A stretch of 51,141 bases of DNA from NCBI GenBank assembly GCA_032718475.1, contig JAUCBJ010001079.1, positions 1 through 51,141 on the forward strand. The letters are read 5' to 3'. This document shows positions 24,968-36,658 of the stretch, in pieces. The position numbers and the translations under genes were made by a program. Every line of letters begins with the position of its first letter. The stretch's first letter is position 1. The notes beneath the pieces were generated by a model. It searched no databases and had not been told where the DNA came from. It saw nothing but the letters and a program-made list of their open reading frames with translations. This stretch comes from Nemertoderma westbladi. Its lineage: Eukaryota; Animalia; Xenacoelomorpha.

Positions 24968-27282
24968 CTAAAAAAATCGAAATAAACATTTATCTTTTTG
25001 TATTTTTTTTACAATCCATATATTTTAATAATTATTTATAACATGGGAAAAAAAACTAAAAAATATAACTAACTTTTACATTATTCTCGAGGCATTTTTC
25101 TTACCGAGCGCCAGCGAGGTCGCGAGGGTCGAGAGAATATTGAAAAAATATATTCTACGTTTTTTTTCCCATGTAATACGTAATTTATTCTTAAATATAT
25201 TCCAACATCGGGAAAAAAGTTTAAATTTTTTTCCCTATGGAAAAAGAAACCCATAGGATTACATGGCTTTATAAATAAAATATAGTATAGTATAGTAAAA
25301 TAAAATGTTTTTGTTGGAATTTCTTAACTTTATTTCCCAAGTAATAAATAATTATTATTCTAAAATTTGTACTATTTTGTTGCTAAATTATTTAATAATA
25401 CAGAGCGATATAGTGTTATACAAAATAAATTGAACTCCAGTATTCTACTATATTGCTTCAATAAATAGTTACTGCTATTCAAATTATTGTACTTTTCAAC
25501 TCCTGATACTGTACTGTATTTATTACGTAACTAAATAGAGAGCCGCTTAACTACATAAACCAATATTTCGTTTTGTAGTATAGGGCCTACGCTTTGCAGA
25601 CCATAAAGTTGAAATAACTATTGTGTGTTTGAATGGATTTTTTCTTTTCTACTAAACCTTTTCTACTCCGATTCTCTTTCAACACATAAAATAAATAAAT
25701 ATAAGTAATAAAATAATACCGGTAATAATATAATAAAATTTAAGAAATTCCACCAAAAATATCTCATGTGACTTTTTTTGCCATGAAAAAAGTAAAATCA
25801 ATGCAATCCAATTATTTATGATTACTTAATTCTCATTAGTTACTTTTTTTCCTATGGAAAATGTTCTCCTTTTTCTCCCAATTACAATTTAAGAACAAAA
25901 ATTAATAAGTAATTTAAAATTTGTTTGATCAACTTGGACTTTTTACAGGCACTATATTCACTATATCACTATATTCTAGAACTATATTCTCGCTCAACTA
26001 ATGCAATCGAAATAAGAAATAAATAACATTACTGCTATATAAATAGTGCAGTGCACTATAAATACCGTGAGTGTCTCGGAGGAGTCTATTGTGAGTGACA
26101 TGACGTCATTTGAATTCAAAAACACTATGAATATTTTACAATTCCTTGTCAAAAAAATTGTGAATTGCTTATTACAAAATTATGTAAGAGAAATGAGCAA
26201 GTGATAGGAAAGATTTTCTAACCAAAACAATAAGCGAAAGTCCGTTAGAGCAAAAATAAACTGTAAACCAGTGTTCTAAAGTAAGCCCATCTATATAGTG
26301 TATTGTTTTGGTTAGGAACTGGCATACACCATTTCATTATGTTTTCGTGCTGGGGGTGTTACACAATGAGTGAACCTGATCCTTCCTGCAGTTAATACGG
26401 TTAACATTATAACCATATGATGACATTCCTTCAATAAAGTACATTTTGCAGGATGGTACAGTATTGTAGTTCCAGGATAGTTAAATATGTTACCAACAAA
26501 TAAATTATATAGAATAATAAATAGGGCTAGGCTGGTATTTATGTAATAATATAGCTATCTCGTAGTCATTAGCGTTCCACAAATTGCACTGCAGTAGCTA
26601 GTATAATTAATACTTAGCTTGTACAAAAACGTCAGGGCTGTAAGCAGGGCATAGTAATATCGTATGATACCTGCGACATTCATCCTCATATTCGTTACAT
26701 CAACTAGGACTTAGTACTTTGATTCTAGAGGATATTCTAGAAAACGTTCGCTATCATAATATCATAATTAAATATTTCTAGAACAACAAAATGAAAGTTC
26801 TAGAAGAAATACTTTTTGTCCTAGAACATTTAAATAGTATTGTTTTATGAAGTATATTTCTTTCTGTTAGGTCCAATAAAAAATTTACATAATTTACATA
26901 CATTACTGTTAGAATGAAAGTAGTGAAAATTTAAATAGTGCATTTCTTATACTGTAACTATTTTGAAAATGTTATTTCGTAGCTAGAAAATTATTGTGTG
27001 AAAATAGCAATAAACTTTAGAATAAAATAACTTAATATATCTGATAAAAACAAGTTTTTTCATCTTTGCCACTCGTTACGTTTTTTATCGCTGCGCTCGT
27101 GAAATAACCGCACTCGCGACTGGTATCTAACAAACAAGTTATTCACGGATGGATAAAATTGTGACAATTCCTGCATGAAAATAATATCACTCTAACCGTA
27201 GAAAAACAGCACCCACAATCATTCCAATAACACATTTAATGTAAACTCGTTTTAATAATCGTGTTATCTGTATTTAGCTAAC

Positions 27283-27600
27283 CTTACTAATAGTTTTAGT
27301 TTCTTCATTGTTGGAATTCACAAAGACACCATAATAGCCTTCTCTATTTGTGAAGTTCAGGTCACTGCGACTGTCTCCTGACATCGGGTTCAACCACCCT
27401 TCGTGTGTCCAAATACAGGGAGAAATCGCTTTCTCATATTCTGTTAGTGAGTTTTGGTCTTGAATATCGTTGGGAACATTTGAATAACTGTTTGCATGCT
27501 GTTGATTGGAAACTTGCTGCGAAGGTAGCATATCGCGTGATGTTGGGGAGTTAGGATATGAACCTGTTGCGTTTCTCCTACCTTTGGAATAACGGTTCAT
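27283..27600 (-). CDS. Orphan gene first coding exon (MNRYSKGRRN...TKTISK)
   Basis: ATG at 27600, donor AAG/gttagc, phase 0 matches exon 2; spliced product about 317 aa, S/P/N/Q-rich. Confidence 0.62.
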
Positions 27601-29626
27601 CACAAAATAAATAAAAATGTTTTTTAGTAATCGCTACCAGAAAATCTACACAGAACAAAAATGCAATGCCAGAACAGAGTTACCTGGACAACTCCACTGC
27701 TAAATGAGACAAAAATGGGTAGGATAGGCCCAATCTAATATAAGTTGAAAGTGAAACTATTACTGGGTAAGGACAGCAAAATTACTTTCATAATATTATG
27801 TGATATGGTGGTAGTCTGCCTCGAATCTGAGCTTAATTTATAATGAAATGCGTTGCAAATTGAAATTTAATCCTGTACATTTCAAATTATTCCGGTAAAC
27901 TTGAGTTAAATTTCATTGACGTGCAGATACATACATACATAATCACATTACTAGGGTGCCACCTCCTTTGCAACGGAACAACTCCAGTTAGCGAGCTGCC
28001 GTATAGCCAATTCATCTACCGGTACATTATCAAGATCAGTGTATTTCAGCAGACGTTTCGGGAATTTCAATGGCTGACCACAACATTGCATCTCGCCAAC
28101 CCGCTGTCATAGCACAAGATCATGCACAAGTTATTCAGTTAATAAATGCGACCAGTTTGGTCGGCAAAACTTATCCGTTGCGGCTTCAGGGTGCTGCTGG
28201 GTTTTGGTAATAAGACGTTACTATTGTAATCATCATGGACTTAACACATTACCAAACCTAAACATTGCTTTCGCCGCGAAGAACAGTCTTTGTACAAACT
28301 TGTGATTTGGTAGCCACATGGAAAGCATAAGCGTCTTAAAGGACTCTGGCCTTGAAGGTTATGATAATCACGCGAAAGTCATGGGGAATAGGGAGGGTGT
28401 TGTGGCGGCTTAATTTTGTCGACAAGCCGGCATATCATTCTTTATATATATTATTACTATGTAGCTGTAATAGCATGGCGATAGTACAGTTTAGTGTTAG
28501 TAACATCTAATTATTGTATTATTATAAATATTTTGTATTATTGTAAACATTCTGAGTTAGTAAATTCCCATATTGCTACTGGAGTACAATTAGCTAAATG
28601 GTCGTATGAATCCAGGAGTTTACATGCACTAACCGATACATGAACTATTATTTATCCCCTGGGAACATATCGCGACTACCACTAGAGTTAACCTCGAGGA
28701 AAGCCTTCATTTTGAGTTAAAAATCCAACGTAAACCTGTGAATATTATGCTTACGTAATTAATCAGTGATTATATGGTTTTACAATTGTGAAATTTGTCT
28801 AATATTCAACATCTCCAAAATAAATTATCTGAGGACAGTTCATACTATTTTTCAGAACAATATAGCCTATTTCCATAGCAACTAAAATATTCCATACCCA
28901 AGCCAAAGTTTTAAGTTTATCTTTTGGCTTCCGATTGCCAACAAAACTAGGAAATTCGGTTTGCATTGCGCAAAGTTATTAAAAAACAAAAACATGTCAA
29001 ATTTTGTGAAACACCATGTATATATTTCTTATTAGTAACTTCCCTCTATTGTCACCATCAAGCTGTGGCATCCTGCGAATGCCTCTTTTACGTGGAGATA
29101 CCATCGCATCAAAGCCTGATAATTCCCAATGCTTATCTTCTTTAAATTATCTTTTTCCTCCGCGATACTTACTTTAATTTCAATCTCTAGCATTACCTCC
29201 AGAGAAAGCCTCCTTTTTGGAGGCGAACTTACGAAGACCCAGTAGTTGCTTGTCAAGTAAACCTTAAACAAATGTAAATTACAATGTATAAAGTGCTCAT
29301 CGCAGTTTATTAATCACGACTTATCTAAAAGGATTGTTTACTACACCTTAACATTTTAATAGTAATCGAAAATCTAACATACAGTACAGGGAGTTTAAGG
29401 ACAGTACTTTATCTTAAACAGCAACGTAAAGTGTTCACATTTTAAGTAATTTTCGACGTTTTAGTGTTCATTATGGAATTGAAGTAAGATTATAATAACC
29501 TTTGACATTTTACCATTATATATGAAAGCCAAATGGTAATCAGTAAATATATATCGAGGAGACACAAGTGTTCCAAGTCCACAAGTACTATTCGTAAACA
29601 AATAGAAACATTCAACCGGAAAGGAA

Positions 29627-30292
29627 CTAGTCGTTGTCCCAAACGACACCTTTCCCACCTTGAATTCTTCTTCTGGACGGGTTTATTACGCTCATCCCTT
29701 TCTTGGGACTTACGACAATACGTTTGCTCCGCTTACTCGGAACCATATCGAATCCATCGTCGCGCGGACGCTCAGATTTCTTGGAGGAAGTTCCCGAAGA
29801 CCTGTCCAACTTTGCCTTCACCTCGGCCAAATCCTTTTGCAACTTATAAAGTAATTCGGCCTGATAGAATAAAGTCTGCTTTATGAGTCGGCAACTCTCG
29901 ACGGCGGAGTTTACCGGCTCCAAGTCGAACGATATCGGTTTATCCCCGGATAAATTTACTATAAATACGTTATCGCAAGGAGTAACCGACACATTTTTAT
30001 CGTGAAAACCAGTTACGATTGAATTTATATACTCTCGAGGAGAAGCAAACTTAGAAATGGAAACAGCTGACTTTATGAACTCAATATCGATATCGTTTCT
30101 CCAAACTCTGGCGGAGTCCGTTGCAATTACCGAGAACATAGTCCGCAGTCTGTCAGTAGTTTTGGGTTGGCGTGGATTGTGTACTGGAACGTGAATGTAA
30201 ATTAAATGTTGAGGTTTTATCAACGATGATGTTGTAACAGACACCTCACTGATCCCGCTACTAAATATATCACTAGCGATATCGTCTTCCAT
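29627..30292 (-). CDS. PAXX: PAXX-like NHEJ factor (XRCC4/XLF paralogue), intronless, 221 aa
   Basis: Head motif VIATDSARVW, coiled coil LYKLQKDLAEVKAKL, and C-terminal GMSVINPSRRRIQGGKGVVWD resembling the PAXX Ku-binding tail (GESLINPGFKSKKPAGGVDFD, recalled from memory). Confidence 0.75.
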   Translation of the reverse strand: MEDDIASDIFSSGISEVSVTTSSLIKPQHLIYIHVPVHNPRQPKTTDRLRTMFSVIATDSARVWRNDIDIEFIKSAVSISKFASPREYINSIVTGFHDKNVSVTPCDNVFIVNLSGDKPISFDLEPVNSAVESCRLIKQTLFYQAELLYKLQKDLAEVKAKLDRSSGTSSKKSERPRDDGFDMVPSKRSKRIVVSPKKGMSVINPSRRRIQGGKGVVWDND

Positions 30293-30776
30293 TGCGACTT
30301 ATAATGTTATATAAGTAACAGTAGGAGGCCTACCGATACCGGTAGCATAATCCTAAATAAAAAATATTTATCATATGAAAACTACAAAAACTACCGGTTG
30401 GTACTTCAAATTATTAATAAGAAAACTATTGTTTTTCTAATAAAACCTTCAACACCCGTCTAACTTTACAGTTACTTTAAACCTGTAACGTGTATGGTTG
30501 TATAGTTACTGGGTTAAAGTACAACTTTTCCAGTTTTAAAAAGTAATAACTGAAATGAAGTACCGGTATCCTGTTTGTTGTTCAATATTCAGTGACAAAA
30601 TAATATATTTAAATTACCCGCGTAAATATTACATTTTGTTATCGTTTACCCATGGCAACCAATTTACTCTGTAAAGTACAAAATTACATTTGCCATTGCG
30701 AGATTAATTACACTTAAACTGAAAGTATATTGAGTATGTAATCATAATAAGTAAGCAACAATAACATAGACTCCGA

Positions 30777-32097
30777 ATGGACAAGGCGATAAAGTGTTGC
30801 AACATAAGACATACAACTATAAAAGTATTTCTCTACCTCGCAAAAGCTTTCGATACGGTCGACCACGATATACTGATTGCTAAACTCGAACACTTTGGAG
30901 TTCGTGGAATCCCACTTACGTGGTTCAAAAGATACTTATCTTGTCGACAACAATACGTAGACTTCCATGGTACATTCTCGGAAGTATCTTTAATGTTATT
31001 GGGGGTGCCTCAAGGATCTATCCTTGGGCCCCTTTGATCAATGATATAAAAAAGTAAAGTAAAAGTAAATTTTTTTCGGCCGCTAGGCCAGGGATCACGC
31101 ACAAAGTCTGACGACTTATTTCCAGTGCGGTCCCCCCAGAACTTTACTCCCCAGAGGAAACTCCAGTACTCATTTAGCTACCACTTAAGGATGCAAGGCA
31201 GAGATGCGCCCTGGCTGGTCCCTTTAAAGCATTCGCTTTTGGGGCTGCAGCCCCGGGCCCCGTGATGGTATGGGGCCCCAGAAAATTAAAAAAATTAAAA
31301 CATACAAGGAAGCACACCACCGAGAAAAACTTATATTCACGGGGGTTTTCGGGGTGGCTGATTTCATTTCCGAAGGCAGTTTTAATATTTGATGGAATCT
31401 AGTCTGTCGGTCGGTTGTCTGTCTGTCTGTGTTACATTTTGACATTCACATTGCCAGACAGATATTCCACGATATTTCGAGAACTAAAAAAAAGATATCT
31501 CTCTAAGCAGTTTTTAGATTTGTAACCCCTATTAAATGCTGCTCTAGATGCAATAAAAAACAATCCTAAAATCTGTGATCATTATATGCGAACACCCCCC
31601 CCCCCCCCCCCCCCCTAAAAATTTATCGGGGCCCCAAACCGGCCCTGGGGGGGGGGGGGGGGGGGGGACTGGACGCAATAAAAATTCATCCCTCTCCATG
31701 GGAAATTGGACGCAAATAATAGCTGATTAGGCCTACCTCAAAAATAAAACTGTAACCTGTTATATTGTGTTTAGTTTATTGTTTTGGTTAAAATAACGCG
31801 CCAATGTAAACTGCTCCTTACCCTAAATTAAGAATTGAACATTGAGGCGGGATATTAATTCGCCAAGGCGGGTTTCGCGTCCAGTTACCTGATTCGCCCA
31901 TGATTTATGCCCCCCCCCCCCCCCCCCCCGGCTCGGTGGCCTTTGGATCCGCCGATCTGGATACAAATATTTTTATCTCTGAGAAAAATATTAATAACAT
32001 GTTCGACATTCTTAACCACGAATTATTTAAAGTATCTGATTGGCTCGTATGGAATAAATTATCAATCAATATCTCAAAAACAAAATTAGTTTTATGT
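30777..32097 (+). pseudogene. Degenerate LINE (CR1/L2-like) RT fragment split by nested insertions (RT pieces at about 30810-31047 and 31960-32097)
   Basis: LAKAFDTVDHDILIAKLEHFGVRG...GVPQGSILGPL, resuming as DTNIF...VSDWLVWNKLSINISKTK. Confidence 0.85.
31048..31235 (-). mobile_element. SINE copy lacking the tRNA-like head
   Basis: Highly similar to 46700-46877; (TTTAC)n-type tail on the minus strand. Confidence 0.8.
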
Positions 32098-32530
32098 TAG
32101 ACATTGTTTGTCAGACACAAACCATAATTAAACCTCAAGTTATGGGGATGTAAGAACGAATGTAAGAAATTTAGTGTAATTATTTCACAATGATTACTAT
32201 TGGCTGGTAGACCCTCACCGACCCCCCCCCCCCCCCTACCCCCTCTACATTTGAAGGTTTCCTTGTCCTTGAGGACAAACCAGTTAAAAAGTGTTGAATA
32301 ATCTCATTGAATTTATATTGACTATGGAATATATGTACTATCTGACCTGTATTGGGTGGGAAATACAACGCGAATAATTTAATACAACATGTAATTAATT
32401 AGCACAACAGATTAATAGACCAGAAACATAATATATACTCACCAGTAGGTTAAACAACTCAACTAAATAATCAAACCATTATATTATACTGCATCACACC
32501 AAAACCAGAAAACCTAAAAACCAGTTATAT

Positions 32531-35500
32531 CAAACTCCGTCACATTCACGAGGAACCGTTAACATTCTCTCCCGCTCCGCCCAAACTCCATCACACTCAC
32601 GAGGAACCGTTAACATTCTCTCCCGCTCCGCCCAAACTCCATCACACTCACGAGGAACCGTTAACATTCACTCCCGCTCCGCCCAAACTCCGTCACATTC
32701 ACGAGGAACCGTTAACATTCTCTCCCGCTCCGCCCAAACTCCATCACACTCACGAGGAACCGTTAACATTCTCTCCCGCTCCGCCCAAACTCCATCACAC
32801 TCACGAGGAACCGTTAACATTCTCTCCCGCTCCGCCCAAACTCCATCACATTCACGAGGAACCGTTAACATTCTCTCCCGCTCCGCCCAAACTCCATCAC
32901 ACTCACGAGGAACCGTTAACATTCTCTCCCGGTCCGCCCAAACTCCATCACACTCACGAGGAACCGTTAACATTCTCTCCCGCTCCGCCCAAACTCCATC
33001 ACATTCACGAGGAACCGTTAACATTCTCTCCCGCTCCGCCCAAACTCCATCACACTCACGAGGAACCGTTAACATTCTCTCCCGGTCCGCCCAAACTCCA
33101 TCACACTCACGAGGAACCGTTAACATTCTCTCCCGCTCCGCCCAAACTCCATCACACTCACGAGGAACCGTTAACATTCTCTCCAGGTCCGCCCAAACTC
33201 CATCACACTCACGAGGAACCGTTAACATTCTCTCCCGCTCCGCCCAAACTCCATCACATTCACGAGGAACCGTTAACATTCTCTCCCGCTCCGCCCAAAC
33301 TCCATCACATTCACGAGGAACCGTTAACATTCTCTCCCGGTCCGCCCAAACTCCGTCACATTCACGAGGAACCGTTAACATTCACTCCCGCTCCGCCCAA
33401 ACTCCATCACACTCACGAGGAACCGTTAACATTCACTCCCGCTCCGCCCAAACTCCATCACACTCACGAGGAACCGTTAACATTCTCTCCCGCTCCGCCC
33501 AAACTCCATCACACTCACGAGGAACCGTTAACATTCTCTCCCGCTCCGCCCAAACTCCATCACATTCACGAGGAACCGTTAACATTCTCTCCCGCTCCGC
33601 CCAAACTCCATCACATTCACGAGGAACCGTTAACATTCTCTCCCGCTCCGCCCAAACTCCATCACACTCACGAGGAAACGTTAACATTCTCTCCCGCTCC
33701 GCCCAAACTCCATCACACTCACGAGGAACCGTTAACATTCTCTCCCGCTCCGCCCAAACTCCATCACACTCACGAGGAACCGTTAACATTCACTCCCGCT
33801 CCGCCCAAACTACATCACACTCACGAGGAACCGTTAATATTCTCTCCCGCTCCGCCCAAACTCCATCACATTCACGAGGAACCGTTAACATTCTCTCCCG
33901 CTCCGCCCAAACTCCATCACATTCACGAGGAACCGTTAACATTCTCTCCCGCTCCGCCCAAACTCCGTCACATTCACGAGGAACCGTTAACATTCTCTCC
34001 CGCTCCGCCCAAACTCCATCACACTCACGAGGAACCGTTAACATTCTCTCCCGCTCCGCCCAAACTCCATCACACTCACGAGGAACCGTTAACATTCTCT
34101 CCCGCTCCGCCCAAACTCCATCACATTCACGAGGAACCGTTAACATTCTCTCCCGCTCCGCCCAAACTCCATCACATTCACGAGGAACCGTTAACATTCT
34201 CTCCCGCTCCGCCCAAACTCCATCACATTCACGAGGAACCGTTAACATTCTCTCCCGGTCCGCCCAAACTCCGTCACATTCACGAGGAACCGTTAACATT
34301 CTCTCCCGCTCCGCCCAAACTCCATCACACTCACGAGGAACCGTTAACATTCACTCCCGCTCCGCCCAAACTCCATCACACTCACGAGGAACCGTTAACA
34401 TTCTCTCCCGCTCCGCCCAAACTCCATCACACTCACGAGGAAACGTTAACATTCTCTCCCGCTCCGCCCAAATTCCATCACATTCACGAGGAACCGTTAA
34501 CATTCTCTCCCGCTCCGCCCAAACTCCATCACATTCACGAGGAACCGTTAACATTCTCTCCCGCTCCGCCCAAACTCCATCACATTCACGAGGAACCGTT
34601 AACATTCTCTCCCGCTCCGCCCAAACTCCATCACATTCACGAGGAACCGTTAACATTCTCTCCCGCTCCGCCCAAACTCCATCACATTCACGAGGAACCG
34701 TTAACATTCTCTCCCGCTCCGCCCAAACTCCATCACATTCACGAGGAACCGTTAACATTCTCTCCCGCTCCGCCCAAACTCCATCACATTCACGAGGAAC
34801 CGTTAACATTCTCTCCCGCTCCGCCCAAACTCCATCACATTCACGAGGAACCGTTAACATTCTCTCCCGCTCCGCCCAAACTCCGTCACATTCACGAGGA
34901 ACCGTTAACATTCTCTCCCGCTCCGCCCAAACTCCATCACACTCACGAGGAACCGTTAACATTCTCTCCCGCTCCGCCCAAACTCCATCACACTCACGAG
35001 GAACCGTTAACATTCACTCCCGCTCCGCCCAAACTCCATCACACTCACGAGGAACCGTTAACATTCTCTCCCGCTCCGCCCAAACTCCATCACACTCACG
35101 AGGAACCGTTAACATTCTCTCCCGCTCCGCCCAAACTCCATCACATTCACGAGGAACCGTTAACATTCTCTCCCGCTCCGCCCAAACTCCATCACATTCA
35201 CGAGGAACCGTTAACATTCTCTCCCGCTCCGCCCAAACTCCATCACATTCACGAGGAACCGTTAACATTCTCTCCCGCTCCGCCCAAACTCCATCACATT
35301 CACGAGGAACCGTTAACATTCTCTCCCGCTCCGCCCAAACTCCGTCACATTCACGAGGAACCGTTAACATTCTCTCCCGCTCCGCCCAAACTCCATCACA
35401 TTCACGAGGAACCGTTAACATTCTCTCCCGCTCCGCCCAAACTCCGTCACATTCACGAGGAACCGTTAACATTCTCTCCCGCTCCGCCCAAACTCCATCA

Positions 35501-35852
35501 CATTCACGAGGAACCGTTAACATTCTCTCCCGCTCCGCCCAAACTCCGTCACATTCACGAGGAACCGTTAACATTCTCTCCCGCTCCGCCCAAACTCCAT
35601 CACATTCACGAGGAACCGTTAACATTCTCTCCCGCTCCGCCCAAACTCCATCACATTCACGAGGAACCGTTAACATTCTCTCCAGGTCCGCCCAAACTCC
35701 ATCACACTCACGAGGATCCGTTAACATTCTCTCCCGCTCCGCCCAAACTCCGTCACATTCACGAGGAACCGTTAACATTCTCTCCCGCTCCGCCCAAACT
35801 CCATCACATTCACGAGGATCCGTTAACATTCTCTCCCGCTCCGCCCAAACTC
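32531..35852 (-). repeat. Tandem array of about 65 x 51-bp units spanning the CARS stop codon
   Basis: Minus-strand unit GAGTTTGGGCGGAGCGGGAGAGAATGTTAACGGTTCCTCGTGARTGTGATG, i.e. SLGGAGENVNGSS* plus a few UTR bases. Confidence 0.97.
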
Positions 35853-36600
35853 TCCAAATACTCTTTATAAACCTTTTCCTGCTGCTCGTAAAGTTTCAAC
35901 AACTTTTTACTCAGTTTGTTACTCAACGGCTGATCCTTTGCGTCGCGCGTCGGGACGCCACGCTCGTCAAACGCCGAGTATTTATCGACTTCCTGGAGGA
36001 ACATCTCCGCGGGAGGAACTCTCCTAGCCGCGTTCCGTTGTTCCGCCAGTTCCAACTGCCGCAACCGGGCCGCATCCTTCTCCATCTGCCGTTTAACTTT
36101 CGCCTGCAGCGCCTCAGCCTTCTCTCTGGCGAGGACATCCTTATCGACGAGTTTAACCGCGGTTTCCCCACCTTCCGAGTCCTCCAGACGAACTCCGAGT
36201 TGAGGCAACTCGTCGTCCCGGAGTTTATCGCACTCCTCGAGGATCCCAAGGGCGTCGAGTCGTCTAGCCTCGGTCCGGACGCGACTCCGGAACCCCGCCA
36301 ACGTCTCCAACACCGGTAGGAGTGTCTCCGGGGAACCCGTCGAGACGGAGACATCCTCAGCGCCGAATAGCGCGAGGATTTCGGCGACCCAGGAGGCGAT
36401 CTGGTGCAGGAGGTTGCAGTCGACAGCACTGCGACTCTTCGCGCCGATGTAGATGTGAGAATCGGAGACCAGCTGCTTAAGTAGCATGATAACTTCCCGA
36501 GTATCGATGGAGTCGCAGAGAGCCGTGTGGACTAATCGTTTAGTCTCCTGTAGTTTATCGTTGAGTTTCTTTTCATTTTCATCCCATTTAATAAATCGAC
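35810..36600 (-). CDS. CARS1: Cysteinyl-tRNA synthetase (cytoplasmic), exon 2
   Basis: Acceptor ttttcaatttccag; (G)RFIKWDENEKKLN...ALCDSIDTR...CDKLRDDELPQLGVRLED...DKYSAFDERGVPT matches the eukaryotic CysRS C-terminus; 791 nt, phase 1. Confidence 0.93.
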
Positions 36601-36658
36601 CTGGAAATTGAAAACTTATATTGCAAATTCACAAATATTGAAAAAATCAATCAAAAAA

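Noticed and set aside
27921-29271. Short ORFs at 27921-28112 and 29032-29271
   Set aside because: No recognisable motifs or consistent splice phases; a gene call could not be supported.
32668-35829. MLTVPRECDGVWAERER repeat ORFs
   Set aside because: Alternative frame of the 51-bp stop-codon array; no independent evidence of coding.
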